Counted from the stretch's first letter, positions 43,398 to 56,065 are shown. The stretch: DNA of 64,000 nt from Octopus vulgaris (GCA_951406725.2 OX597817.1:75392001-75456000); one strand, 5' to 3'. Program-made: numbers and translations. Notes: generated from the sequence alone by a model not told the origin.

Positions 43398-43570
43398 AAG
43401 GCGTAGGAGTGGCTGTGTGGTAAGAAGTTTGCTTCCTAACCACACGGTTTCGGGATCAGTCCTCCTGCGTGGTACTTTGGGAAAGTGTCTTTTACTATAG
43501 CTCTGGCCGACCAAAGCCTTGTGGATGGATTTGGTGGACGGAAACTGAAGGAAGCCTGTCGTATATACAT
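43398..43570 (+). mobile_element. SINE family A 5' half
   Basis: aggcgtaggagtggctgtgtggtaagaag...ggaaactgaaggaagcctgtcg. Confidence 0.85.
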
Positions 43571-43680
43571 ATATGTATGTGTGTCGTGTATACATATATG
43601 TGTGTGTGTCGTATATACATATATGTGTGTGTGTATGTTTTTTTTTGTGTGTTCACTTTTATTTTTTGTAATGTCCAAGT

Positions 43681-43820
43681 GTGAAGGCGTGTGGCTTAGT
43701 GGTTCGGTTCGTTATCATTAGGTCGTGGGTTCGATTCCTGGATCGAGTGGTGCAATGTGTTTGAGGACGGCAGTTCATTTCATGTTGTTTTAGCCTACAC
43801 AGCTGTAAATGGATAACAAT
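43681..43820 (+). mobile_element. Degenerate tRNA-derived SINE (family D-like)
   Basis: A box GTGGCTTAGTGG, B box GGTTCGATTCC, body resembling 53684-54012. Confidence 0.6.
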
Positions 43821-43840
43821 AGGGTGTTGGCGCGGCTATC

Positions 43841-43940
43841 TCTCTCTCCCCCTCTTTTCCTCTCTCTCCCCGTCTTTTCTTCTCTCTCCCCGTCTTTTCC
43901 TCTCTCTCCCCGTCTTTTCCTCTCTCGCTCCCCCTCTCTC
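43841..43940. repeat. 20-bp pyrimidine-rich minisatellite (~5 units)
   Basis: TCTCTCTCCCCGTCTTTTCC repeated. Confidence 0.85.
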
Positions 43941-44694
43941 CAGCATATTAAAAAAATAGAAGGCTGAGGGGGTGCCTATATTTGCTCACGACTACATAGG
44001 TACCTTAAACAATTAGCTCTTTATTCTTCGATGTAAATGTTTAAATTTAGTTTAATCTAGGAGAGATTATCTCCCCTTTAATGGTAAATTACCAGGAGAA
44101 CATACCACGTATTTTGGCCTAACTTTCGTGTGAATAACTTAATAGTGTTTGATTTGTAAAGATATTTGGCTGCTAGTTTTAGCAAACATTTCAAAGCATA
44201 GCTAGACGTTTCATTCAACTGTTAAATTAAACGATAGGTGAACGTCTGCTTTTCATCTGATGATTGAAATTTTGTCTGAGACAGAATCGTTTACAACACA
44301 GTTCGGTGCTCTTATCTGTTAGTAAAGTGGTATCATGTGTAATAGGAAAAAAAATGCGTTGAAGTCTATTCCAGTTGAAAGCAGAAGATTATTCTAGTTG
44401 AGAGATACGTAGGTTTTGCACCACTCTTACAATCTCGTCTTTACTTCTCTTATATATATGGCTGTGTGAATATGTAAGAAATCTCATTTCATACTCTCCG
44501 TAAGAGAAATATTATTCTGCATGGATTATCTATTTTGTGACTCTCTTTGACTCTTTCTTTCTTTCGTTTTGGATTTCCAATGATCATTCTTTTTTTTGCT
44601 TTCTTTAATTTTCTATACATTTCTTTTCTTTCTTAAACACAAAGAGCGGACAGAAAACGCACAGAAAACCGACATAATAAAAATAACAAAATAA

Positions 44695-44743
44695 ACTACA
44701 GCAACAACGATGACCACGACGACGATGACAACAATTACACCGA

Positions 44744-44799
<56 letters not shown>

Positions 44800-44830
44800 A
44801 TACTACTAATAATAATAATAATAATAATAA
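44695..44830. repeat. (ACG)/(ACT)n/(AAT)n trinucleotide microsatellite
   Basis: Direct inspection. Confidence 0.9.
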
Positions 44831-45290
44831 ATACAAAACAAGCTGACGAACAATCAGAGAGGAAAAGAAGAAACTGGATAGCAAGAGACTAAATTTTCGA
44901 ATATTTTTGATTAAAGACATCTTCGAAAGATTTCTGAGAAGACTTCTAATTCTTGATTTCAGAATTTTCGTTAAATAGATTATTATAGCCTGTACCTCAT
45001 TTTTATGATAGAGCAAATAAGATTGCAACAACCCAACAAATAAAAAAATAAAATAAAAAAATAATATTAATAACTCCAAACAAAAAGAACTTCAGACGTT
45101 ATATATGTCCAATAAATATTGAAGAAAGACAAAACTTATATGTAATCACGAAATATATGTCATGTTTTACTATTTATGTGTTTATGTATGTATGCATATA
45201 TGTATGTATGTATGTATTTACGTATGTATGTATGTATGTATGTATGTATGTATGTATGTATGTATGTATGTATGTATGTATATCTACATA

Positions 45291-45396
<106 letters not shown>

Positions 45397-45491
45397 ATTC
45401 ATACATGAACAAAGAGAAAACACAACAACGCGAGGATGTGGAACAAATATAGTGTTATTGGACGCTCAGGAAAGGAAAGAAAGGGGGAGGA

Positions 45492-45524
45492 TTTAACCTT
45501 CCGAGCGGAGCTCTTCGTCAGAAA
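45492..45524 (-). ncRNA. Degenerate minimal hammerhead ribozyme in a Penelope-like fragment (~45393-45590)
   Basis: TTT-CTGACGA-A-GAGC-tcc-GCTC-GGAA-G-GTT^AAA. GAAAC is mutated to GGAAG. Confidence 0.55.
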
Positions 45525-45590
45525 CATAGAAAAAGGAAAGGTCCAAGAAAGGGAAGACGGAGATAGAAAATCGCCAACGATGTACATGTG

Positions 45591-45651
<61 letters not shown>

Positions 45652-45680
45652 AAATAAGCAACAAGAATGACTCCGGTAAT

Positions 45681-45765
45681 TTGGTACGATCGTTTCGTAT
45701 TACATCATTTTATTAAATGTTGTAAGTATTACAACAGATTTAAGATGCTGAGTACTCACAGCCAA
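45681..45765 (-). ncRNA. Hammerhead ribozyme with long stem II; core lacks one A
   Basis: TTGG-CTGTGA-GTA...TGTTGTAAtacTTACAACA...TAC-GAAA-C-GATC-GTA^CCAA, with palindromic stem III ACGATCGT. Confidence 0.6.
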
Positions 45766-45946
45766 TTATAGAGGTTTTCCATTAATACAAAAATTTTCAA
45801 ATCAAGTGGCAACGTTATAGAGAAGGTAGATATAGAAAGATGTGGATTTAAATTTTAAGAACATATGAGGTAGTGAAGTCCTTCCACTGGCTGACTAAGA
45901 TATCCATATTCATTTGAATCTAAATTTTTGCTGAACTCGAGTAGGC

Positions 45947-46028
<82 letters not shown>

Positions 46029-46176
46029 CGGTGAAGGGGAGGGGAAAAGGGAATTAGAGAAAGGATGAGGGAAAAAAATTTAGACTAGGGTCGCATCAAA
46101 AAAATAAAGATAAACTTACTTGGAAATGGATGCGTGGCGTTCAATCAAATAATAATATAAATAATATATATATATA

Positions 46177-46225
<49 letters not shown>

Positions 46226-46311
46226 ATAAATATATATATATATATAAATATATATACAAAATGGCTGACGGTAGTAAGGAGAGACACAAGTAAGTGAGAA
46301 GAAACAAAGGA

Positions 46312-46351
46312 CCACTGATGCGGTCACAGGAGTGTGACGAAAGAACTTTGG
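46312..46351 (+). ncRNA. Degenerate type I hammerhead ribozyme
   Basis: CCA-CTGATGC-G-GTCAC-aggagt-GTGAC-GAAA-G-AA-CTT^TGG, with an A9C change. Downstream 46400-46525 is inversely similar to 4835-4945. Confidence 0.55.
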
Positions 46352-46528
46352 CCGAAATAAGATTAAGATTAATGTAAAAAATAAATATCACTGAAGCAAA
46401 ATAACACCAAATATATAGTGCGTATGTTTTTATTGGCTAAACTGGCAATATGACCATTCCGAAATATAACAATATCTGTTTCAACACACGACTTCACATA
46501 AAAATCTTGCACAACAAATATTTAAACG

Positions 46529-46604
<76 letters not shown>

Positions 46605-46713
46605 TAGAAATTCGGGGTGAGTACTTGATAATTATAAGCACCTGTGTATACCGTTTGGTGGTGTAGGTGGTGGAGTAAATTGATCAAAATAAAAACATGA
46701 TGCGAAGGATTCA

Positions 46714-46791
46714 GCGGTACATATGTTTCGGGCCTTTATTAGACAGATTTATAACAATGCATAATGTATGTCTGTGGCCTTCTTCAGCCGC
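46714..46791 (-). ncRNA. Type I hammerhead ribozyme
   Basis: GCGG-CTGAAGA-AGGCC...GGCCC-GAAA-C-ATAT-GTA^CCGC. A partial inverted copy lies at 46920-46964. Confidence 0.75.
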
Positions 46792-47022
46792 GCAGAGAGA
46801 AGAAAGAGATGGACGCTTCAATTCTATGCTGCTGCCGCATTATGTCGTACGCGAATGAGAGGATTTGCATCCCCAACCAAGAATTTTTGATGTAACACAT
46901 GTCCTTGTGGAAGCTGTTGTGCGCGGCTGAAGAAGGCCACATACATACATTATGCATTGTTATATATATATGCATATATACAAATAAATGAAAGAATGGA
47001 GTTGAACGACGAATTAACAAAA

Positions 47023-47121
47023 TTCCTTAATTTTCGACATATGATTCGAAGGCTGCATATTCCTAATTTCGAAGGAATAAGGGGTGCATTATGCCGCCTT
47101 CTCATCAGGAAAAACAAGGAA
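47023..47121 (-). ncRNA. Hammerhead ribozyme copy with GAAA to GAAT mutation
   Basis: Reverse complement of 47228-47326 with a core substitution at 47044. Confidence 0.7.
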
Positions 47122-47227
47122 CTTATGTCAGCATCAAGATGCACAAAAACTTTTAGATGACTGACCGCTATGGGCTCCGTGTGGGCAGTCATCTAAAAGT
47201 TTTTGTGCATCTTGATGCTGACATAAG

Positions 47228-47326
47228 TTCCTTGTTTTTCCTGATGAGAAGGCGGCATAATGCACCCCTTATTCCTTCGAAATTAGGAAGATGCAGCCTT
47301 CGAAACATATGTCGAAAATGAAGGAA
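47228..47326 (+). ncRNA. Type I hammerhead ribozyme, canonical core
   Basis: TTCCTTgtTTTTC-CTGATGA-GAAGGC...GCCTTC-GAAA-C-ATAT-GTC^GAAAAtgAAGGAA. GUC site at 47313. Confidence 0.88.
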
Positions 47327-47531
47327 TTTTGTTAATTCGTCGTTCAACTCTATTCTTTCATTTATTTGTATTTAAAAAAAGACACAAATTTCCACACGAT
47401 AGCACGTGATCTCTGCCCTAGGCATGTAGCTTCAACCGTGTTTTTCTGACGTGAATTTTGTTAATTCGTCGTTCAACTCCATTCTTTCATTTATTTGTAT
47501 ATATGCATATATATATATGCATATATATATA

Positions 47532-47624
<93 letters not shown>

Positions 47625-47944
47625 ATAGTTATTCTATTAACTAAAATCACAAAGAGGATAACTATGATGTTGTTGATGAAACGTGTTCTTTGTCTATCTA
47701 CATATCGACTTTGTGATTTTGGTTAATAGAATAATTATACAAATGAATCCTTTGAATTTAACTAAGGCCTCAAATTGACCGTCCCAAATTACAACACTAC
47801 ACACACACACACGCGCACACACACACACACACACATTGATATTGATAATAAAACATTTTATATACATCTTATGATACAAAGTACATATATATGAATGTGT
47901 GTATGTATATAAATGTATGTATGCAGATGTACGTATGGATCCTT

Positions 47945-48345
47945 TATCTTTTTTCTTTTACTAGTTTCACTCATTTGACTGCAGCCATGCTGGGACACCA
48001 CTTTGAAGGGTTTTAGTTGGGTAAATCGACACAGAACATTTTAAAAACCCAATACTTATCCTATCGGTCTCTTTTGTCGAACTGGTACATTATAGGGATG
48101 AGAACAAACCAACACCGGTTGTCAAGCGGTGGTGGGGGACAAACACAGACACAAGGGACACACACTCATAGACATATGTATATATATACGACGAGTTTCA
48201 GTTTCCATCTATCAAATCCACTCACAAGGCTTTGGTTGGCTCGAGGCTATAGTAGAAGACATTTGCCCAAGGTGCTATGCAGTGGGACTGAACCCAGAAC
48301 CATGTGGTTGGGAGGCAAATTTCTTTACCACACTGCCACTTCTGC
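47945..48345 (-). mobile_element. SINE family A (diverged)
   Basis: Family A motifs on the minus strand. Confidence 0.8.
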
Positions 48346-48974
48346 ATGTATGTATGTATGTATGTATGGTTTTGACAAACGCCTGGTCTCCATTTATAGC
48401 AGATTAATCTTAGGTCTTTTCTGTCTCACTTTCGCAGCTCAGGTCAACGACCCTTTCTAGACGCTGGCATTAACATTTTCGCTTTCCATTGTTGACTTTT
48501 GCTATTGTCGTTTTATTTCTCCCGCTTCTACGTCTCTTATTGTTGTCATCACCGCTGCTGCTGCTATTCTTGTTATTGACTCCATAGCTGGAATCTGGTG
48601 ATTTTTTTTTCAACTTGTTTATTGTACCCACCACTTAATTATTGCCGTCATTGATATTGTAGTTTGTCACTAGCATTGCTTAATTTATTTTGTTGTTGCT
48701 ATCATTACTGCCGTTGCTGTTGTTACAAATGTTACCACTATATCTATTTCTATCGCAGTAACTGTTATTTTCGTTACTGAAGTTAATGTCGACATACATA
48801 AGCATATAATGCACCACCGCTGTTATTAAGGAGCGGATGAGTTTCTTATCCTCGCATATCAATACATCAAGAAGTTATCTTGTAATAGCAAATGCCAAAT
48901 ATTTGCAGCACAGTGCGATAATAAATTTGTAGAGCAAGTCTCAAGTGTAGACAGATATGAATAGCAGTTTGTGG

Positions 48975-50260
48975 TTTACTCAGAATGTAAAGAGCTAGAA
49001 GAAATTCTGATAAGCAATTTGCCCGTTGCTCCAGTGATTCTGCCAGTTTGTCCCCTTAACAATAAATTTAAATTTTGGCACGAAGTCAGTAATGTTAAGG
49101 AGAGTTGAGCGCGGCTGGATTTGAACTCAAACCGAAACGAGTTGGAAGAAATGCCGACAAGTATTTTGTCTGATTCCCAAGTGAGTCTGCTAGTTCGTCA
49201 ACTTAATGTTAGTTTCAAATTTTAGCACAAGGTCAAGGATAGCAACATTAAGGGGAGTGAGCTAGTTGATTGCACCAACTCCAGTGCTTGACTGGTACTT
49301 TATTTTATCGTCCCAGAGAGGACGAAATGCAAAGTTGTCCTCCGTAGAAATTGATCTAAGAATGTAACGGTTCTACTAGCTCGCTGCCTTTAATTGCTTC
49401 AAATTTTGGCACAAGTCCAGCAGTCTTAGTGAGTGAGTGTGTATGTGTGTATGTGTGTGTTTAGTTGGTTAGATCGATCCCCTCCCCAGCACTTGACTGA
49501 TACTTTTATCGCCTTCGAAAAAAAAAACAACAAAAAACAAAGGTAAAATTGACGTCAGCGGTATTTGAACCCGGACCATAAAGAGCTGAAAGAAATACCG
49601 CAAAGGAATTTGTCCAACGCTCTAAAGGTTTTGCCAGTTCACCACTCTTAAAATTGCAAATAATTCTTTTTACTATAGGCTCAAGAAAAATTTTGGGAAA
49701 GGTGGATAATTGATCGGCCCAATTGCTCAAGTGATCCTTATTTTATCGGTTCCAAAAGAATGAAAGGAAGCAGGTTACATCATAAAAATTAAAAATAAAT
49801 ATTAACCCTTGGATGGAAAAAATGTGGGACACAACTAAAATTTATCTCGAAAGTCTCGAAAGTCTATTCTTAATAGTGATTTCACATTTTAGTACAAGGT
49901 CAGGAATTTCGGTATTTATTTTATCGACACTGTGAGAATGAAAAGCAAAGTCGACCTCAGCGTATTTTGAACTTAGAACGTAAAGACGAACGAAATGCCG
50001 CTAAGCATTTTACTCGGCGCGCTAACAATTCTGCCACCTCGCCGCCTTCGACTCTTCTTAATATTGGTTTCAAATTTTGGCACAAGGCCAGCAAGTTCGG
50101 GGAATGGGGTAAATCGATTACATCAACGCCAGTGCTTAATTGATACTTATTTTATGGACCCCAAAAAGAATGAAAGACAAAGTCGATCTCGGTGGAGTTT
50201 GAACTCAGAACGTAAAGACGGCGAAAAACTACTAAGCAATTTGCCCGGCGTGCTAACTCT
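48975..50260 (-). mobile_element. Cluster of co-oriented degenerate SINE family B copies
   Basis: Recurrent tttcaaattttggcacaagg, aaagtcgacctc and ttgaactcagaacgtaaagacg motifs. Confidence 0.75.
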
Positions 50261-50631
50261 TTTCTCAATAATAAAATGTTCAAATTGCAGATATAGAGAA
50301 AAAGACTAGCCTAAGCTCAACAGCAACTAACAGAGTTGTGGATAGTGTAATTCCTAATCGCGATATTGGAGGCAAACAACTACCACCATAAGCACGGGAG
50401 ACTATAAGTAGATGCTTGTCTGCTTGGAATAGCAGCTAAATTCCACTCAAATTACATCCTTCTATCTCAGAAAAGGACAAGCAGGATAACGCGGTCTTGA
50501 TTCTGTGCATAAAATTAGAACGGGGCAGCACGGTTTGAATGGTCTGTTCAATCAATGTAGAATTGATTCCATTGTTGGAATGGTCTGTTCACCAACAGGA
50601 ACCATACCAACAGAAGCAGTATAAGAGATAT

Positions 50632-50993
50632 ATTTTATCTGTTACCTGTTACCGTCATTGGACTGCGGCCACGCCGGGGTACTACCGTCAATAGGTTAGT
50701 CGAACAAATCGACCCCAGTACTTATTAAATATCTCTATTGCCGAACCGATAAATTACAAGGACGTAAATAAACGAACATCGTTTGTAAAGCGGTGTGAGG
50801 GGGACAAACACAAGCACAAAGGCATTACATCCACATATGCATATATATACAACAGGCTTCCACAGCTTTTGTTTATCACTAGGTTACTGTGCTGGCTCGA
50901 GGCTATAATAGAAGACATTTGCCCAAGAAACCGCATTGTGGGGCTGAACCCGAAAGCACATAGTTGCACCGAGCTTCCTCACTACACAGCCAT
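50632..50993 (-). mobile_element. SINE family A (diverged)
   Basis: Family A motifs on the minus strand. Confidence 0.75.
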
Positions 50994-51288
50994 GTCGAGT
51001 TAAAAAAAAAGAACTTAGCTCGATTGGTTTTGTAATTATTTTAATTCAGAGTAAATATATTTTCTTGCTGCACGATAAGCATTTCTGTTTAAAACATTGA
51101 CACTGACCAAGATTTCACGAAAACTTACTGGCGAGGTAAATGTTTGACAAACCGGAAGCTCTTCTAATTAGTCTGGGTACAAATTTCCGTGTAGTTATCG
51201 ATTCAAAATTGAAGAGCTAAACCTGTCTTAAGTATCACGTACGTAAAGCTAGTGGAATGTATCATTCAAATAATGAGCTGTCGTTAGG

Positions 51289-51816
51289 ATTGGCCCACCC
51301 TGTCCCCGCAGACACCAAACCCACCCACTCCCCAACAACAAGAAAACAGAAAACATGCACACAAATGATAACTCAAAAACCCCGTCCTGAAGAATATTGT
51401 ATTGGGATAATAGACAGTGAGCATTTACATGAAAGGTTAAAGGACTGGGGAAAAGTAGAAATGCCAGATAGATGGGATGAAGAAATGGAAGTTGTATTGT
51501 CAGAAGGACAAGTGAAAGAACTTAAAAATGAACTTGGTGATGTATACGTGTTGATTAGGGGAAGATTAGTATAGAAAAAGATAGATGAACTCCGGAAAAT
51601 ATACGGGTTAAATTTTGGGGATTTTGGGGATTTTGCAGTGAAATAGGAAAAAGGACAAGTAAGTGATGTTGAGTGATGGGGCAGTTAACATCACTTTCAC
51701 CTCTCATTTATCACCCTTTTCCCTATCCTATCATACGACTATTTTTTTGATGTTTTGTGTCCCCAATGTGTTGTAATGTCCCCTCTGTGTAAAACCGTAT
51801 AGTGAATAAAGAAATT
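51289..51816 (+). mobile_element. Retroposed insert with 18-bp TSD and a short coding-like segment
   Basis: TAATGAGCTGTC(G/C)TTAGG at 51271-51288 and 51817-51834. Ends in ...GTCCCTCTGTGT...AATAAAGAAAT. Confidence 0.7.
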
Positions 51817-52067
51817 TAATGAGCTGTCCTTAGGTCATCAGATGAATTCACTGTACACATTTCAAGAACTTAACATTTATGATACGATGACTCTATTTAC
51901 TGTTGGTCTTTTAAAATTCGTCTTTATTTTAAAACTATTTAGCATCATTAAGAGTTATCAGCATAACACCAAATTTAAGAGGAAGTCGGTTAGAAAGTAT
52001 ATTGAAAATCACCAATTTCTGTGGTAGAAATAGTAGAAATAGTATTATACATTTTTACTCATGCTTT

Positions 52068-52497
52068 TTTTATTCATTTCAGTTGTTGGACTGTGGCCAT
52101 ACTGAAGTACCGTCTGGTACGGTGGGTCGAACAAATCGACCCAGTACTTTTTCTTTTTATGTCTGGTACTTATTTATTAGCCCCTTTTTGCCGAACTGCT
52201 AATTTACGGGTCGTAAACAATTCAATCCCGGTTGCCAAGCGATGACGACACAACCGTAAAGACTCACACACGCTCGCACGCGCGCACACACACACGCGCG
52301 CACACACACGCGCGCACACACATATTGGTACAGAAGGCTATATTTGACAAGTTTCTCACAGTCTCTGTCTACAAAATTCACCCACAAACCTTTATTCGGT
52401 CCAGGGCTGTAGTAGAAAACACTTCTACGGTGCAGTGCAGTAGGACTGAACACGAAACTACATGACTGTGAAACGAACTTCTTAACAAAACCACTAT
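52068..52497 (-). mobile_element. SINE family A (diverged)
   Basis: Family A motifs on the minus strand. Confidence 0.75.
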
Positions 52498-52501
52498 GCT
52501 A

Positions 52502-52642
52502 GATTTGTTGTAAGGAAGCAAGAATCATAAATAGTGATGAAATTTCAGAAGGCTAACGGTGTTGAGAAGTAAAATTTGGCAATTTTTGAAATACAGAAAA
52601 ACCTTGGTACTGTTTTTCAGAGGGATCACAAAAGAAGCACAA
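52502..52642 (+). repeat. 141-bp direct repeat, copy 1 (copy 2 at 54102-54242)
   Basis: Two mismatches seen between copies. Confidence 0.9.
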
Positions 52643-52682
52643 GCGTCTATAGTCAAAGTTTTTAATTATTATTCAACTGCAA

Positions 52683-53665
52683 TAAGGCAGCTAGCTGGCT
52701 GAATCATTGGCACGCTGGACGAAATGCTTAACGGGATTTCGCCCGTCGCTACGTTCTGAGTTCAAATTCCGCTGAGGTCGACTTTGCCTTTCATCCTTTC
52801 GGAGTCGATAAGTACTGGTTACGCACTGGATCTAATCGACTAGCAGCGTCGCCTTTAGTAGTAAAGAAAAGAATCGTTAGCACGCTGGACGAAATGCTTA
52901 GCCTGTCGCTACGCTGTAAGTTCAAATTAAGCCAAGGAATTTGTACCAGTGAAACACTGGGGTCGATGTAATCGACTAGACCCCCTCCCCCAAAATTTCA
53001 GGCCTTGTGCCTTTAGATGAAAGCATTATTATTCAACTGCAAAAGGTGGCGAGTTGGTAGAATCGTTGGCACATCGGACAAAATTCTTAGCGGCATTTCT
53101 TCCGTCTTTACCTTCTGAGTTCAAAATCCACCAAGGTCGACTTTGCTTTTCACCCTTTCGGAGTCCATAAATTAAGTACCAATTGAACAACGCTGAAATC
53201 AACTCAGCCCTTCCCTTGAAATTGCTGGCCCTGTGCCAAAATGTGAAACGATTGAAAGGTAGCAAGCTGGGCAAAATGCTTGGCGATATTCCGTCCTTCT
53301 TCACATTGAGTTCGAATTCCGCCAAGGTTAACTTTGCGTTTCATCCTTCCAGGGTCGATAAAATAAGTATCAGTCAACTACTGGGATCGATGTAATCGAC
53401 TTACCTCTTATCCCAAAGTTGCTGGCTTTGTGTCAAAATTTGAAATCATAATTCACTTGTAAAGATGGCGAGCTGGCAAAATCATTTGCACGCCGAACAA
53501 AATGTTTTGCGGCATTTCTTCCTTGCACATATTCTGCCGAGATCGACTTAGCCTTTCATCCTTTTGGGTTCGATAAAATAAGTACCAGTTGAATACTGGA
53601 ATCGATGAAATCGACTTGCTCCCTCAACATAATTTTCTTTGTGCATATAGTAGAAAAGATTATTG
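52683..53665 (+). mobile_element. Head-to-tail array of ~5 SINE family B copies
   Basis: Repeated ggc.agctggc.gaatc.tt.gcac, gagttcaaattcc and gtcgactttgcctttcatcc motifs. Confidence 0.8.
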
Positions 53666-53683
53666 TTTACCTGCAGAGAAAAG

Positions 53684-54012
53684 GCGCTTGGCTCAGTGGT
53701 TAGAGCGTCGAGCTTACGATCGTGAGGTTGTGAGTTCGAATCCCGGACCGGGCTGCGTGCTGTGTTCTTGAGCAAGACACTTTATTTCACGTTGCTCCAG
53801 TTCACTCAGCTGTAGAAATGAGTCGCGACGTCACAGGTGCCAAGCTGTATCTGCTGTTGCCTTTCCCTTGGATGACACTGGTGGCGTGGAGAGGGGAGGC
53901 CGGTATGCATGGGCGACTGCTGGTCTTCCCTAAGCAACCTTGCTCGAACTTGTGCCTGGGAGGGTAACTTGCTAGGTGCAATCCCATGGTCAGTCATGAC
54001 CGAAGGGGGTCT
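53684..54012 (+). mobile_element. tRNA-derived SINE family D
   Basis: GGCGCTTGGCTCAGTGGTTAGAGCG...GAGTTCGAATCCCGG head, then TGTGTTCTTGAGCAAGACACTTTA central domain. Confidence 0.85.
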
Positions 54013-54101
54013 CAGCAGAGAGATATAGTTCCTATAGAATTTTCAAAGTATCTCAGATATGTGAAAAGGATATTTAGAAAGGTTAATCTAGTTAATGCCC
54101 T

Positions 54102-54242
54102 GATTTGTTGTAAGGAAGCAAGGATCATAAATAGTGATGAAATTTCAGAAGGCTAACGGTGTTGAGAAGTAAAATTTGGCAATTTTTGAAATACGGAAAA
54201 ACCTTGGTACTGTTTTTCAGAGGGATCACAAAAGAAGCACAA
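54102..54242 (+). repeat. 141-bp direct repeat, copy 2
   Basis: Matches 52502-52642. Confidence 0.9.
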
Positions 54243-54397
54243 ACAAGTTTTTTAGTGGAGGGGGCAGTGGCTGTTGTAACAGTTTAGAAAAAGGGAAACG
54301 CAATAGAAAGCCGGAAACTGAAATAGTAGGAGTGGAGTTAATTTGACCTGTCAGGTGAAGGATTTGCTTTTGACAACAGTTTAGATAAAGTAAGAAT

Positions 54398-54787
54398 ATC
54401 TTTCATCTTTTATTTGTTTCAGTTATTGGACTCAGCCATGCTTGGGCACCGCTTTGAAGTGTTTAGTCGAATAAAAATCGATCCCAGTACTTGTTTTTTA
54501 AGCCTGGTATTTATTCTTTCGGTGTCTTTTCACTGACCACTAAGTTACGGGGATGTAAACAAACCAAGACTGGTTGTCAAGCGGTGGTGAGGGACAAACA
54601 CAAAGGCACACACACACACACACACATACATACGACGGTCTTCTTTCAGTTTCCGTCTACCAAATCCACTCACAAAGCTTTGGTCGGCCCGAGGCTACAG
54701 TAGAAGACCCTTGCCCAAGGTGTCACGCTGTGAGACTGAACCTGAAACCATGTGGTTGGGAAGCAAGCTTCTTACCATACAGTCATG
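54398..54787 (-). mobile_element. SINE family A
   Basis: Family A motifs on the minus strand. Confidence 0.8.
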
Positions 54788-55830
54788 TTTGTGAGCTTAA
54801 TATGTATGTGATGTCTGAATTACTCTAGTGGGCAAATAGTATATTAACACAGGGGTATATTTTTGTGACTTTTCTGGAATTAGCACCCTTGAAGAAGGAA
54901 ATACCTTCTAAATCTGAAGAGGAACCTCATTTAATTAAAATAATTCGTTTCTGATTTAGATACAAGGTCAGCAGTTTTGATGGAAAGAGTGTTGGTCAAT
55001 GCCATCAATCTCAATACTTGACATGTACTTTATTTTAACGACCCCATAAGGATAAAAGGCGAATATGATTTTCAGCGGGATTTGAAATCAGAACGTGGCC
55101 GGAAGAAAATCTGTAAAGCGTTTTGTTCGATGCTCTCATGATTCTTCCAGCGCAGCATACTGCCTTGAAGTAAAACAAATAATGGTTTTTAGTCTAGGTA
55201 CAAATGGGAGCAGTTAGTCGATACAATTGACCCCAGTAATTGATCGGTACTTCTTCATTTTATCGACCTCGGAAGGATCAAGGCAGGAATTGAACTTAGA
55301 ACGTCATGAACCGGAAGAAATACTGCAAGGCATTTTGTCTCACACTAACGATTCTGTTAATTGTCTGCCTCGGACTAAAATCAATAATGGTAAACAAATA
55401 TCAATAACTATCCCAGAAAAATAAAAACATACACGCAGACACACGTATACACACAAATTTACACATAAGCATCATCACTACCACCACAGCAACCCTCACA
55501 TACACACACAGCTTTTAAATTCCCATGGAAGATGTATAAAAACTATAACATGAATTTCAGAAGTGTCTTGAATCAATGTAACTTTGAAGGTAGTGTTGTT
55601 GTTATTCAATGCAGTCTTCTGTTAGTTTTTAACAGTGAGAGTTGCTTGACATTTATTTTCATTGAAAGTATGATTCACAAAACAACTTATTATTTGTGGA
55701 TGTTACGAAAACGTTATCAGTCTCTGGTTAAAAATATGTAACGGAAATTATAAACTCTCTTGGATATACACAATAACTATTATTTTTAAACCAAAAAAAA
55801 AAAAAAAAAAAGACAATGATCAGCAGAATC

Positions 55831-56065
55831 TATTTCTTTACTACCCACAAGGGGCTACACACAGAGAGGACAAACAAGGACAGACACACGGATTAAGTCG
55901 ATTATATCGACTCCAGTGCGTAACAGGTACTTATTTAATCGACCCCGAAAAGGATGAAAGGCAAAGTCGACCTCGGCGGAATTTGAACTCAGAACGTAAC
56001 GGCAGACGAAATACGGCTACGCATTTCGCCCGGCGTGCTAACGTTTCTGCCAGCTCACCGACTTG
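55831..56065 (-). mobile_element. SINE family B, full length, 15-bp TSD
   Basis: TSD ATGATCAGCAGAATC at 55816-55830 and 56066-56080. Confidence 0.9.

Larger units (their letters stand above)
46978..47371. mobile_element. 186-bp inverted repeat (Penelope-type inverted pseudo-LTR), with a partial third copy at ~47453-47505
   Basis: Arms 46978-47163 and 47186-47371 with a 22-nt spacer. Each arm carries an HHR. Confidence 0.85.

Noticed and set aside
43841-43940. Regularly spaced repeats as a CRISPR-like array
   Set aside because: There are no unique spacers. It is a plain minisatellite in eukaryotic DNA.
53684-53755. Functional tRNA gene
   Set aside because: The acceptor stem is imperfect and it continues directly into a SINE body. 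The same applies to the heads at ~7080-7150 and 31188-31255.
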